A stretch of 30,702 bases of DNA from positions 1-30,702 of the IMG/VR virus record IMGVR_UViG_3300017747_001564. One strand, 5' to 3'. Below are positions 1-9,378 of this stretch, piece after piece. Origin of the DNA: a virus. Lineage: Duplodnaviria; Caudoviricetes. The notes beneath the pieces are model-generated. The model made no database searches. It saw only the letters and a program-made list of their open reading frames with translations, and was not told where the DNA came from. Within the stretch, counting starts at the first letter, position 1; each line of letters opens with the position of its first letter. The translations under genes were made by a program, and so were the position numbers.

Positions 1-2
1 GC

Positions 3-821
3 CAGTGCAAGATCGTGGACCAGACGCTGCTGGGCCGCGCCAAGGGCGCCTTCATGCAGCAGTACTTCATCTGCATCAACCGCGACTTCGGCCAGTGGGT
101 GCCGGCCCACGGCGGGCTAGAGCAGGTGATGGAGCGCATCCGCCCGGCGACCTATGTGCTGGAGCCGGGCGAGTACAAGGACAAGCTGCCGCCGTGCCAT
201 GTCAACGAGGTGCGTGTGGCGCTGACCGACCGCGCGCCATACGACAGCATGAAGAAGGAATACGTGACGCGCTTCGGCGAGGAGCGCATCATCGCGCAGA
301 ACGCCGGGGCCGTGACGAGCAAGCTGCAACAGATGGCCAGCGGCTTTGCCTACAACCGCGGCGCGGCGCAGGAGTCGATCTGGTTCAGCCCGCACAAGTT
401 TGATCGGCTGGAAGAACTGCTGGCCGAGAACCAGCGCACGAACACCATCGTCGCCTACAGCTATCTTGAGGAACTGGCAGAACTCAAGCGCCGCTTCCCG
501 CACGCGCAGACGATGGACGACGACAACGTCATCGAACGCTGGAACCGCGGCGAGGTCGAACTGCTGCTGGTCCACCCCAAGTCGGCCGGGCACGGCCTGA
601 ACCTACAGCACGGCGGATGCCACATGGTGTTCCTGTCGCTGCCGTGGTCGCTAGAATTATACGAACAAACCGTTGGGCGCCTGCACCGCAGTGGGCAGAC
701 GCGCGACGTTTGGGTCTACGTCATGCTGACGGACAACACCATCGACGAACGGATTTGGGCGGCGCTGCACGACAAGCGCGCCGTGTCAGACGTAGCATTA
801 GAGGAATTAAAAAGTGGCTAA
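3..821 (+). CDS. SNF2/SF2-type DNA helicase, C-terminal part (5'-truncated by window edge)
   Basis: Frame open from base 3. Helicase-C motifs 'LLVHPKSAGHGLNLQHGG' and 'WSLELYEQTVGRLHRSGQ', plus 'KLQQMASGF', are typical of phage SNF2-like helicases. Confidence 0.9.
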   Translation, partial: QCKIVDQTLLGRAKGAFMQQYFICINRDFGQWVPAHGGLEQVMERIRPATYVLEPGEYKDKLPPCHVNEVRVALTDRAPYDSMKKEYVTRFGEERIIAQNAGAVTSKLQQMASGFAYNRGAAQESIWFSPHKFDRLEELLAENQRTNTIVAYSYLEELAELKRRFPHAQTMDDDNVIERWNRGEVELLLVHPKSAGHGLNLQHGGCHMVFLSLPWSLELYEQTVGRLHRSGQTRDVWVYVMLTDNTIDERIWAALHDKRAVSDVALEELKSG

Positions 822-1005
822 GATTTCATGGCAGACGATTGCCGTCAAGCTATCTGAGTACGACGAACCGACGTTGGAGCGGATGCTCGACGACGAGGTC
901 AAGAAGCACAAGCGCGTCGCCATCGCCAAGAGGCTGCACCAGCGTCTGTGCAAGCTGCGCTCGCTGCGCGAACGCAAGGAACTGGTGAAAAGGATGAGTG
1001 CATGA
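814..1005 (+). CDS. hypothetical basic protein (63 aa)
   Basis: GTG start after GAGGA, overlapping the helicase stop; ATGA overlap with the next gene. Confidence 0.75.
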   Translation: MAKISWQTIAVKLSEYDEPTLERMLDDEVKKHKRVAIAKRLHQRLCKLRSLRERKELVKRMSA

Positions 1006-1259
1006 TCGACGATCAGTCAGACCCCGGCGCGTGGAAAGCGGCGCTCGACATGGTCAATCACCCGCCGCACTATAAGACCGGCGGGATTGAGGCCATCGAC
1101 TACATTGAGGCCAAGCTGTCGCCGGAAGAGTTCGCCGGCTACTGCCGCGGGAACGCGCTGAAGTACATCAGCCGCGCCGGGCACAAGGACGCCACGGCGC
1201 AGGAAGTCGGCAAGGCTATTTGGTATCTGGAGCGTTGGCGCGCCGTTCTCGACCGCTAA
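1002..1259 (+). CDS. DUF3310 (SaV-like) phage protein
   Basis: 'DMVNHPPHY..GGIEAIDYI...GYCRGNALKYISRAGHK...KAIWYL' is the DUF3310 signature. ATG at 1002 is coupled to the upstream TGA. Confidence 0.88.
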   Translation: MIDDQSDPGAWKAALDMVNHPPHYKTGGIEAIDYIEAKLSPEEFAGYCRGNALKYISRAGHKDATAQEVGKAIWYLERWRAVLDR

Positions 1260-2284
1260 ACGTTACGTGCGCGCTTCCACCCAAGAAACTCTACCGCCTC
1301 ATGCGGGTCAAGGAAGCACGTCACCGCGTTCAGTTTGTCGCCGTCTGGGTCGATAACCGCCACGGCGCTGGCGCCGTATTCGTGGTTCCCGAAGCCGTGG
1401 TGATCCGCGTAATCGTCGATGAACTTGTAGCCGCGCACGCGCAGCAGGTTATAGACGAAGCCCCTGTGCGGGTTCTCGCCCTGCCGGTAGCCGGTGTCGT
1501 GATGGTGGCCTGCGACATAGAGGTGCGCCCAGTCTTGCATCTGCGCGGCGCGCTCAAGGCCGTGGAGGTTGTTCCAGATTGAGTTGCCCTTGAAGTTGTG
1601 CGCGGCCCACAGGCGTATCTCACGCCCGTTCGGGCTTGCGAGCGTAACCTTGGCCTGCCAGTCCTCAAGGGTGACGTAGTGCGGCGCGTGGCGCTCGAAC
1701 ACGTCGCGCCCGACGGGGCCATCCCAAAGGTCATGGTTGCCCGATAGCCACAGGAACCACGGAATATCACGCTCGCCCAGATAATGCTTGACAAGCTTTT
1801 TGGCTGTCGCCGCGCTTGTGTCTTGATCCGCCCACAGGCGAGACAGCCTGCCGACCCAGTTGTTCGTCGTGTCGCCGATATTGACCGCGTAGAGATGTTC
1901 CGTGCGCGCCATTAGATCGCAGTGGTCTTCCCATAGCGGCCAATTGCACCCGTCGTCGTCGAGGTGCGGGTCGCCCACGAACATCAGCGCGTACGGGCCG
2001 GATGTCGGAACCTCGAACCGCCGCCAGCGTTTAGCTAGGACGCTGGCGTGTTTGCGCTGGAAGGCGTTCTTGCGGTATTCGACGATCTGCTCAATGGGTA
2101 GGTCTGGGTCGGGAAGAGGCTCCGCGGTCGGGACTTGCGGTCGGTTTGAGTTGTAGCTTGCGCCCTCAAGCCTAGAGCGCAGCGCGCCCCGACTTATGCC
2201 CAGAGACGCGGCGGCTTTCGCCTGCGATTTATGCTTCTCCACCGCCGCGAGTGCCTCGCGCTGCGTCTCGGTCATTTCGGTCAT
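1256..2284 (-). CDS. calcineurin-like metallophosphoesterase with N-terminal HTH
   Basis: Motifs GDPH, IGD, GNHD, AAHN and GHHH. N-terminal 'SQAKAAASLGISRGALRSRL' is HTH-like. AGGAG RBS before ATG at 2284. Confidence 0.85.
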   Translation of the reverse strand: MTEMTETQREALAAVEKHKSQAKAAASLGISRGALRSRLEGASYNSNRPQVPTAEPLPDPDLPIEQIVEYRKNAFQRKHASVLAKRWRRFEVPTSGPYALMFVGDPHLDDDGCNWPLWEDHCDLMARTEHLYAVNIGDTTNNWVGRLSRLWADQDTSAATAKKLVKHYLGERDIPWFLWLSGNHDLWDGPVGRDVFERHAPHYVTLEDWQAKVTLASPNGREIRLWAAHNFKGNSIWNNLHGLERAAQMQDWAHLYVAGHHHDTGYRQGENPHRGFVYNLLRVRGYKFIDDYADHHGFGNHEYGASAVAVIDPDGDKLNAVTCFLDPHEAVEFLGWKRARNV

Positions 2285-2297
2285 AGTAGCTCCTGCG

Positions 2298-2534
2298 TTA
2301 TGTTGCGGGGCAATCTTGCTCGCACAGGCACGCCCACACGCTGTTGTGCTTTTCGATCTGCGCAATGGTCGCCGGACGGTCGATGCGGCTATCGTAGCGG
2401 ATGGGTTCAGCGATGGCGCAGTACGAATTAGTCGCCGGCGGCGTCGTCGAAACGTGCGCGCAGCCGCTTGTTACGCTCAAGATCGTCAAGCCGAGCAGCG
2501 TACTCCGCCAGATCAAGTTGTCGTTGGACTTCAT
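2298..2534 (-). CDS. o-spanin (Rz1-like outer-membrane lipoprotein)
   Basis: Signal peptide and lipobox 'LLGLTILSVTSG-C', Pro/Cys-rich mature part, overlaps the 3' end of the putative i-spanin in another frame. Confidence 0.7.
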   Translation of the reverse strand: MKSNDNLIWRSTLLGLTILSVTSGCAHVSTTPPATNSYCAIAEPIRYDSRIDRPATIAQIEKHNSVWACLCEQDCPAT

Positions 2535-2643
2535 CGGCTGCTTCCTTCTGCGCGTCTTGGCGCCCCTGCTGCCGCAGCTTGTTGTCGTTCCACGCCGCCC
2601 AGAGGCGGTCAAGCAACGACAGCAGGGTCGTCAGAAGTTTCAC
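2428..2643 (-). CDS. i-spanin (Rz-like)
   Basis: GTG start overlapping the holin stop (GTGA). Hydrophobic N-terminus 'MKLLTTLLSLLDRLWAAW' followed by a charged helical/coiled-coil region; position in the lysis cassette. Confidence 0.65.
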   Translation of the reverse strand: MKLLTTLLSLLDRLWAAWNDNKLRQQGRQDAQKEAADEVQRQLDLAEYAARLDDLERNKRLRARFDDAAGD

Positions 2644-2813
2644 TCGCCCTTGCCCTTCTCGGCCAAGATCACGGCGATCAGACCGGCCACGCCGGCGATG
2701 GCAGCGGCTGCTGCGTTGTAGAGTTCGCCCGAGACGCCGAGCGCCAACGCGAGGCCCGACAGCCCAGCGAAGGTTGACGGCTCCTTGAGCCGCGAGAGGA
2801 TGAACTGAACCAT
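2640..2813 (-). CDS. putative holin (57 aa, 2 TM)
   Basis: Read by hand (below ORF-track cutoff): MVQFILSRLKEPSTFAGLSGLALALGVSGELYNAAAAAIAGVAGLIAVILAEKGKGE. AGGAG RBS; directly after the endolysin. Confidence 0.75.
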   Translation of the reverse strand: MVQFILSRLKEPSTFAGLSGLALALGVSGELYNAAAAAIAGVAGLIAVILAEKGKGE

Positions 2814-2822
2814 AATGATCTC

Positions 2823-3308
2823 CTATGCTTCGTTGGTGGACACCATGCCACCCTTCATGTGCACTGGTTTGCCGACGACAGGAACGCCGCGGGGCCAGCG
2901 CGATGCGACGAGGCGAGACTTGCCCAGCTTCATCACATTCACAGCGTTGGACTGGTTGCCGCCCAACACATAGTAGTGCCCGGTGTCCTCGCCGACGTAG
3001 AAGCCGACGTGGCCACCGCCAGCGCGGTTGAAGACGAGGATGGCGCCGGGCGCCAGCCGATCCGGGCGCAGCAGCGCACCGTAATCCGACCACGCCTTCG
3101 CGCGCATATACAGCCGCGGGTAGGGTAGGCCAGCCTCCTGCATACAGTGCGCCACGAACACGCCGCACCACGGCGTTTCGTCGTCGCGCCACCAAGCGCG
3201 CAGTCTGGTGAGCCAGCCAAGAATGGTGGCGTTGTGGCGCGGGCCGGGCGTCTCCCGAAGACCTTCGAAAGAGTACGCGGTTCGAAGCCAGCGCGGGGCC
3301 GTACTCAT
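2823..3308 (-). CDS. endolysin, TIGR02594-type (CHAP/NlpC-P60-like Cys-His peptidase)
   Basis: 'PRWL..A....GLRETPG', 'DDETPWCGVFV', 'GGGHVGFYVG' and 'VLGGNQSNAV' motifs. Confidence 0.88.
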   Translation of the reverse strand: MSTAPRWLRTAYSFEGLRETPGPRHNATILGWLTRLRAWWRDDETPWCGVFVAHCMQEAGLPYPRLYMRAKAWSDYGALLRPDRLAPGAILVFNRAGGGHVGFYVGEDTGHYYVLGGNQSNAVNVMKLGKSRLVASRWPRGVPVVGKPVHMKGGMVSTNEA

Positions 3309-3481
3309 TTCAGGCCCAACAACGCTAGAAGAATGCCGATCAACAGCAGGATGATGGTGCCCGCCACCGTCACACCCATGTTTTCCAGCCGCTTGAGGCG
3401 CGCGCAAATGCTGTCGTACCGCAGGGCGCAAATCTCCTCGTGCGTGTTCAGTCGTGCTTCAGTCTGGTCAATGGTAGTCAT
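3305..3481 (-). CDS. small coiled-coil + C-terminal TM protein (XhlA-like / holin-associated)
   Basis: MTTIDQTEARLNTHEEICALRY...RLKRLE followed by one TM helix; ATGA overlap with the endolysin start. Confidence 0.7.
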   Translation of the reverse strand: MTTIDQTEARLNTHEEICALRYDSICARLKRLENMGVTVAGTIILLLIGILLALLGLK

Positions 3482-3482
3482 G

Positions 3483-6023
3483 TTAGCGCCGAGGTCCGAT
3501 GTAGTTACCAAATTCATCATAGTTGATGTTGCTGAACGGCATATCCGCGCCCGGAAGATCGACTTCAGGGAGCGCCGGCGCCGCCGGAACCGGCTGAACC
3601 GCGCCCATCTGGCCTTGCACAAGCGCCTGCCCCAGCGCCGCCCGCACGCTGGGCGCAAGACTGTTGACAAACTCAGCCATTCTGTTGTTGGCGCTGCGGA
3701 CAGCCAGCAAATTCGATGCTGCTTGCGGGCTGGCCAGCCCCGGCACAAGCCGGCGCATGGCGTTCTGCGCCACCTGCTGCGAAATCTCTCTGGCCGTCTG
3801 CTCTGCGGCGACACCACCGCCGGATACCCCCGGCAGACGCCCCGTCACATTCAAGACGCCGCGGGCAAAGCCCGTCAGCCCCGGCGTCAACGCTTCTTCG
3901 ACGCGCGACTGCGCACCTGCGCGGAAGCCCAGCTTCTGTGACGGCGACAATGCTTCTTGGCCCGTCGCTGCAACCGACCGCTGCGCGCGCAGTTCGCCGG
4001 CCAGACGCTGCGCTGTAGGAAGCTGGCTGCCGAACAGTTCGACGTTGATGTCATACCGGCCCGGATCGTCAAAGAACTTGGCGACGTAATCTTCATCGTC
4101 GCCGCGCATTATTTTTTCAAACCGCGCTTCCGGCAGTTTCTCCAGTACGCGGGCGAACTGCTGGCGCTCGACGTTCTGCATACCGGCCGCGAACGTGTTG
4201 AGGTACTGGCGCCAGTTGGCGCCGCCCGCCGCTTCGATGGCGTCGTCGATCAGCGGCTTGGTGTCACCTACCAACTCGGCGGTGCGCCGCCGGAGTGCGC
4301 TGGGATCCATCGGCCCCAACAGGTCAGCGACGGTGCCGGCCATGTTCTTGCGCAGTTCGTACAGGCCCGTGGCGTCGATGACGCCGCCTTGCGTTGCGGC
4401 GCGGCGTTCGAGATTGTTGGCAAACTCGTTCAGCAGACGGAAACGCGGCGGGTTAACGAACTCAGCTTCAGCGGCCTTGCGGCGCAGGTCGCCGACGACC
4501 GTCCCCACGTCGAGCGGCTGAAGCCCCTGCGCGCGCAAGTTGGCCGCCACTTCTTCGGCGGAACGTGCGGCCGCGCCCAGCCCCAGCGACCGTTGCGCCG
4601 CTTGGCCGCCGCGCTCTTCAAGACCGCCAACGATCCCACGCTGACGGTTGATAGCGGCCATATCAAGCGGATCGCCAAGATCGTCCATCTGCCCAAGGCG
4701 CGTCATTTCTTCGTCGGACGCCAAGAGGAAACGCCGCGCGCGGTCCACTTCGTCGGCCGCCGCCGTGCGCAGCCCAGCCGCTTGTTGTTCTGCGGGGATG
4801 ATTTGCGTGCGGCCCACATCGGCCAGACGCAACGCTTCCTCGCGCATGGGGTCGGTCGCTTCCGCGACCTGCTGGCGCATAGCGCCGATGTTCTGCATGG
4901 CTTCTGTGCCGGTCGCACCGCCGCGCAGCGCAGTCCGCATTTCGTTTTGGCCAGCCGCCCGCGCGCGAGCGATCTGCTCCAACGGTGCGCCCTCGGCGCT
5001 GGCCGTAGCGATGCGGGTGGCCGCGGCCAGTTCCGGCGTCAGCAGCCCCTGCGACGCCAAGAACTCTGCGGTGTTGGTGCGAGCGTCAACCGGTGCGTCG
5101 CGCAGGGCGTCAGTGATCGCCGTGGGGTTCGACGAAATCAGGTTGCGCATCACTTCGGCCGCGCGCACTTCGCCAAGCCGGCCGCGCAGCGTATCGTAAA
5201 CAAAGCCCGCACCGCGGCGGGCGATGGTGCCGACGACCGGAATGATCGCGCCGCCCAATGCTGCGTCGGTCAGTTCCTGATCCGTCAGAATAGCAGCAGC
5301 CGTTCCAGCCGCCGCACCGCCGCCAACGCGCAAACCTATACGGCCCTTGCGCGTTGCTGCGATAGGCGCCTTGCCCGCCACGGCGGTCCGCGACGGCGCG
5401 CGGACGCCCATACCGCCGGTCTGCACCGCGCGCCCGGCCATCTGCGTAGTGCGGCCCACCTGCTGCACAGCGCGGCCGCCGGTCACGCCGCGCGCGGCCA
5501 ACTGGCCACCACCGCGTGCGAGCAGCGCGCCCTGACTCGCCAAGCCAGCGCCAGCAGCCGAAATGATAGGTGCCGTACCGGCGACCTCGCCGGCGATGCG
5601 GCCGGCCAGAAATGCGTTAGGCCGCGCGGCGCGAGTTTCGGCAAACCGCTCCTGCCGCGCCGCCCCACCTGCGCGGACAATGTCGCCGAAGCCGGGCAGC
5701 CCGCTCAGGTTCTTGGCGATACGCTTGGCTTCAGCCGGGCTGTACCCGCTCAGGTTTTCTGCCGCCCAACCGACGGCTTGAGCGGGTGTCACATCGAACT
5801 TATCCGCGATGTCGCCAGCGATGCCGGCGATGGTGTTCGAGACATTCTCAAACCCAGAGACAATCCCTTCGCCAATCGCGCGGGCGCGGCTGGGCGGGGC
5901 TTTCGGCTTTGCGCCCTGCGCGCGGACGCGCTTGATCTCGGCGGCGATCTGACGAGCCGCCGCATCGTCACCGGCGGCGTCTGCTTTGATGAGCGCCTGT
6001 TCAAGCTGCCTTAGCGTGGGCAT
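3483..6023 (-). CDS. large DNA ejection / internal virion protein (846 aa)
   Basis: Ala/Gly/Arg-rich helical protein, last of three large ORFs after the tail genes; syntenic with P22 ejection genes. Confidence 0.65.
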   Translation of the reverse strand: MPTLRQLEQALIKADAAGDDAAARQIAAEIKRVRAQGAKPKAPPSRARAIGEGIVSGFENVSNTIAGIAGDIADKFDVTPAQAVGWAAENLSGYSPAEAKRIAKNLSGLPGFGDIVRAGGAARQERFAETRAARPNAFLAGRIAGEVAGTAPIISAAGAGLASQGALLARGGGQLAARGVTGGRAVQQVGRTTQMAGRAVQTGGMGVRAPSRTAVAGKAPIAATRKGRIGLRVGGGAAAGTAAAILTDQELTDAALGGAIIPVVGTIARRGAGFVYDTLRGRLGEVRAAEVMRNLISSNPTAITDALRDAPVDARTNTAEFLASQGLLTPELAAATRIATASAEGAPLEQIARARAAGQNEMRTALRGGATGTEAMQNIGAMRQQVAEATDPMREEALRLADVGRTQIIPAEQQAAGLRTAAADEVDRARRFLLASDEEMTRLGQMDDLGDPLDMAAINRQRGIVGGLEERGGQAAQRSLGLGAAARSAEEVAANLRAQGLQPLDVGTVVGDLRRKAAEAEFVNPPRFRLLNEFANNLERRAATQGGVIDATGLYELRKNMAGTVADLLGPMDPSALRRRTAELVGDTKPLIDDAIEAAGGANWRQYLNTFAAGMQNVERQQFARVLEKLPEARFEKIMRGDDEDYVAKFFDDPGRYDINVELFGSQLPTAQRLAGELRAQRSVAATGQEALSPSQKLGFRAGAQSRVEEALTPGLTGFARGVLNVTGRLPGVSGGGVAAEQTAREISQQVAQNAMRRLVPGLASPQAASNLLAVRSANNRMAEFVNSLAPSVRAALGQALVQGQMGAVQPVPAAPALPEVDLPGADMPFSNINYDEFGNYIGPRR

Positions 6024-6026
6024 AGA

Positions 6027-7787
6027 TTACAATCCGTACTTCTTCGCCACTTCTGGCGATAGTTGGCTCTTACCCTGCGTCGGCGTACCCGGTTTAGCCC
6101 GGTACTTCGGCGCAATCGATGGCACGCGCAGTTTAAGGTTCGGCGCTTCGGGCAGCACTTCGCGGTAGACATTGTTGTATGTTTCAATCGCCAGTTGGCG
6201 GGTCTTGAACATAGTGTCGCGCAGGCGCTGCATTTCGCGCTCCTGCTGGCTTTCGGTCCCCGTCTGGGTCAGCCGAGTAGCGCCCCGCGCCACCATGTCC
6301 ACGTCACGGTCAGAGACGATACCCATCGGCGACGCGCCGGTTTCGGTCTGCGAACGATCACTAAGTAGCCGCGTTAGGGTGGTGTTGTCTTTGATGCTGT
6401 CGTAGAGTGCCTGCGCGTCCGCACGGGCTGGCGTCTGAAGCATACGAGGGATGCGACCTTCGACCGCGCCGATAATCGAATTACGATACGGGCTGCGCAG
6501 AAACTCGTCGATGGCTTTGATACGCTCGTCGAGGTCTGTGATGAGGGCTTGAGCGTCCGCTCGCGCCCGCGGCAGTTCGCCGCGCAGTTTCTCCACACGC
6601 TTGGCGCGCTCTTCGCCGGCCACGATCTTAGGCTGCGTTACGACGCGCACGCCCTGTTCGCCAGCAGTTTCGGCGCCTGCTTCTTCACGGACACGCGGAA
6701 GGGGAACCTGCGCCGAACCCGGCAGCGGGGATTGCATCGGCGACTTGCCGCGCGCCGGCCGGCCGGTGGCACGGTAATCGCCCATGTCCTGCACCTGCTG
6801 CATCTGCGGCGGGGCGTCTTCGCCCGGGCGAAACACGGCGCTGCGCATGGACGGCTCGCCTTCCGGCACGATCCGGATGTTGTTGGCGCGCAGAATTTCC
6901 GCAAGCTGGGCGTCGTTCGCCGGCCCAGCGGTATCACGCATCAGTTGCAGGTTGGCCTGCGAAATCTGACCGGACGACATCATGTCCTGCACGACCGACG
7001 CGAGGTCCGGCTGGGCGCCCGTCTGCGGGCCAGTCGTCATGGAAACCGGCTGCATACTTGCGCCGCCGCCAGCTTTCATCTGGTTGGCGCGCTCAGACGC
7101 GCGGTCAAAATCGTCCGCGCTGATACCCAACTCACCGACGCCCGCGCCGCGGATTATCTTTCGGGCCGCGTCGTCGATCTGCGCGGCCGTCGCGGGCGCG
7201 GCTGTCGTAGGGAAAGCGTTCTTGACTGCGGCCGGCGCGGTGGGCGTCTGCGCGGGGGCAGCGCCTCCGGGCGCAAGCTGGAACTCTTCCAGTTCAAAGA
7301 CGCCCGGCTTGCCGAAGCCGCCGGTGCGCGCGACGGAATAGGTGCCGTCTTCCATCTGCACGACTTCAGTTTCCAGCGGGCCGTAGGTCGCCTTGAAGTT
7401 GTCGCCGATGCTGCCTACCATGCGAAGCAGCGCGTCACGGTTAAAGTTTGCTTCCGGCAAGTTGGCGCGGAACGCCGCCGCGATTTCCGGTGCGTCCTTG
7501 TCCAAGTCTTTCAGCAGCAGCGAGTAGCCTTCCGGCGTCATGGTCTGACCGGCACGCTTGGTGTAGAAGTCGATCTTCTTACCTGCCATGTCAATTTCAG
7601 CAGCCGAGGCCGCGCGCTCTTCGCCAGCGCGCGCAATCTCCATCGCCTGCGTTGCCTGCGCGGCCTGACGCTGCGCGGCGCGCTGCTGCGACATCATGTT
7701 CATCATCTGCGCGCCCTGCTGGATCGCGCCGCCGAGGGGGTTCGACTGCGGGGCACGCGACTGAAGTGCGATTGCTTGGTTAGCCAC
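6027..7787 (-). CDS. DNA ejection / internal virion protein (586 aa)
   Basis: Gln/Ala/Met-rich N-terminus, C-terminal 'GIVSDRDV' segment; syntenic with the P22 gp20 position. Confidence 0.6.
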   Translation of the reverse strand: MANQAIALQSRAPQSNPLGGAIQQGAQMMNMMSQQRAAQRQAAQATQAMEIARAGEERAASAAEIDMAGKKIDFYTKRAGQTMTPEGYSLLLKDLDKDAPEIAAAFRANLPEANFNRDALLRMVGSIGDNFKATYGPLETEVVQMEDGTYSVARTGGFGKPGVFELEEFQLAPGGAAPAQTPTAPAAVKNAFPTTAAPATAAQIDDAARKIIRGAGVGELGISADDFDRASERANQMKAGGGASMQPVSMTTGPQTGAQPDLASVVQDMMSSGQISQANLQLMRDTAGPANDAQLAEILRANNIRIVPEGEPSMRSAVFRPGEDAPPQMQQVQDMGDYRATGRPARGKSPMQSPLPGSAQVPLPRVREEAGAETAGEQGVRVVTQPKIVAGEERAKRVEKLRGELPRARADAQALITDLDERIKAIDEFLRSPYRNSIIGAVEGRIPRMLQTPARADAQALYDSIKDNTTLTRLLSDRSQTETGASPMGIVSDRDVDMVARGATRLTQTGTESQQEREMQRLRDTMFKTRQLAIETYNNVYREVLPEAPNLKLRVPSIAPKYRAKPGTPTQGKSQLSPEVAKKYGL

Positions 7788-7798
7788 GATCTATTTCC

Positions 7799-8614
7799 TT
7801 AAATAAGGCTGCCAAACTGACCACCGCGGGTAGGGAACATCATCGTGTTAGCCGGCATTGAAGCGTTTTGGCCACCACCGAAGCCGCCGCCCGGAAAATC
7901 AGTACCCATGCGGTTAAGCGCGCCGATCTGCGCTTGGTACAGCGGGAACGACGACGCCGCCTGACCGATACCTTGCAAGGCGCTACCCAGCGCGTTGGCG
8001 CTGCCGACGTAGCCCGACGCGCGGGCCTGCCCGGCCCCAAGCTGCGCCCCTGCGATACCTTGCCCTGCCTGTCCGGTCGCGCCGGTCATGACGTTGGTCG
8101 CCGACTGGCCTGCGCCCATCAGCGACTGGAGCGGGTTGAGGCGCGCGGCGCGCTCAATCTGGAAACGGTTGAAGGCGTTGCCGTACTCTTGGCTGGCCAA
8201 GTCCTGACCGAACCGCTGGATGCCCTTCATGGTGTTGCCCGACAGCAGATTGCCACGGGCCGCTGCCGAACGCTCCAGCGCGCGCATCCCTTCGGCCTGC
8301 CGGAAGGCGTAGCCGGGGTCTTGCTCAAAGTCCTGCTGACCAAACGGCCGCGCCATGCTGCCGAAGCCGGCCGCGTTGGCGTCGCCGCCGATGCCGAGCA
8401 ACTGCATGATCTGGTCTTGCGCGGTCATGCCCGCCTGACGGAACGGCTCCTGAAGCTGAAGCTGCCGCTCGAACATCTCGCGTTGAGTGTTCTCGGCGCG
8501 CTGCGCAGCCTGCTCCTGCGCGCGCGCGGCCTTACGGGCGCCGCTGCGAGCAATAAGCCCGCCACCGACAGACGCTGCTGCGCCTACGCCCGCGGCAATA
8601 ATGGCTGGTGGCAT
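7799..8614 (-). CDS. DNA transfer/pilot protein (P22 gp7-like)
   Basis: Hydrophobic Gly/Ala N-terminus 'MPPAIIAAGVGAAASVGGGLI', 'QEPFRQAG', 'DPGYAFRQAEG..ALERSAAARGNLLSG'. Confidence 0.75.
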   Translation of the reverse strand: MPPAIIAAGVGAAASVGGGLIARSGARKAARAQEQAAQRAENTQREMFERQLQLQEPFRQAGMTAQDQIMQLLGIGGDANAAGFGSMARPFGQQDFEQDPGYAFRQAEGMRALERSAAARGNLLSGNTMKGIQRFGQDLASQEYGNAFNRFQIERAARLNPLQSLMGAGQSATNVMTGATGQAGQGIAGAQLGAGQARASGYVGSANALGSALQGIGQAASSFPLYQAQIGALNRMGTDFPGGGFGGGQNASMPANTMMFPTRGGQFGSLI

Positions 8615-8616
8615 TT

Positions 8617-9033
8617 CTACAACTCCATTTTGTACACGTCGTAGGGCGATCCTAGCGTGTATAACATTTCTCCTGTGGGCTGCATACCCCCACGGCGAGC
8701 GAACCACGACACAAACTTGGCGTGGGGCGCGATCCGCGCCCACAGCATTTTTGCACCGTTTTCTTTAGCGTAATCAATCACCTTCTGCCGTATCTCGGCC
8801 GCCCACTTTCCGCGGCCTTCTGGCAGTATCATCACATGGACTTCATAGACGCCGGGGGCGCACCACGCCAAGGCAAACCCGCCGTGCTCGCCCATCAGAA
8901 ACCAGTTCTGCTCCTCAGCGACGGACTCTTCGAAGTCCAGTTCGCCCAACGACGCCGGCCCCAGATAGGGGCGCACGTCGGGGTGGTTCGCCGCAAGGTT
9001 CACCAGACCAGCGTCGAAGCACCGCTCAAGCAT
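8617..9033 (-). CDS. GNAT-fold protein (P22 gp14/T7 gp13-like position)
   Basis: 'YEVHVMILPEGRGKWA' acetyl-CoA-binding-like motif and 'FARRGGM'; located immediately upstream of the ejection genes. Confidence 0.7.
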   Translation of the reverse strand: MLERCFDAGLVNLAANHPDVRPYLGPASLGELDFEESVAEEQNWFLMGEHGGFALAWCAPGVYEVHVMILPEGRGKWAAEIRQKVIDYAKENGAKMLWARIAPHAKFVSWFARRGGMQPTGEMLYTLGSPYDVYKMEL

Positions 9034-9368
9034 TAGCTGACGAGCCGGCCCGACGCGCGGATGTTGATGGCCGACGCGGTGCCCGCGATGGTCGAGATGA
9101 AGCCGTTCAGCGGCAGGACGTGGCCGACCAGTTCCGGGAATGTGTACGTTTCGGACGGCTGGAGCGTCTTGGTCTTGACGATCAAGTTGGCGTTGGCTGC
9201 GCTGCCCGCAGCGGTCACGAGGTTGACGCTGATCGTCGCCGCCGTGGCGCTGTAATTGGTGGCCGTGAACTTGTCGATGATCGTCTGGACGCCGTTCGAC
9301 GTGTATTGCGTCGTCTGCGCGTTCTCCGCGGTCTTGGCCGGGATGATGTTGCTGATGGTAACTGCCAT
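9033..9368 (-). CDS. virion structural protein, beta-rich (111 aa)
   Basis: Thr/Ala/Ile-rich ORF in the tail module; its stop overlaps the next start. Confidence 0.7.
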   Translation of the reverse strand: MAVTISNIIPAKTAENAQTTQYTSNGVQTIIDKFTATNYSATAATISVNLVTAAGSAANANLIVKTKTLQPSETYTFPELVGHVLPLNGFISTIAGTASAINIRASGRLVS

Positions 9369-9378
9369 AACTCAATCC

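Noticed and set aside
1002-2284. DUF3310 + phosphoesterase as a DNA-modification (e.g. Z-base) cluster
   Set aside because: The genes are convergent and in different operons; no PurZ, queuosine-pathway or methyltransferase genes are in the window.
2428-3817. Extended ORF-track starts (3195, 3431, 3817; likewise 2365, 8743, 9375, 25474)
   Set aside because: They overlap bona fide genes; shorter starts with an RBS or stop-start coupling were chosen.
3957-7802. 685-aa and 417-aa + strand ORFs antisense to the ejection genes
   Set aside because: Same antisense artefact; the minus-strand genes fit operon synteny.
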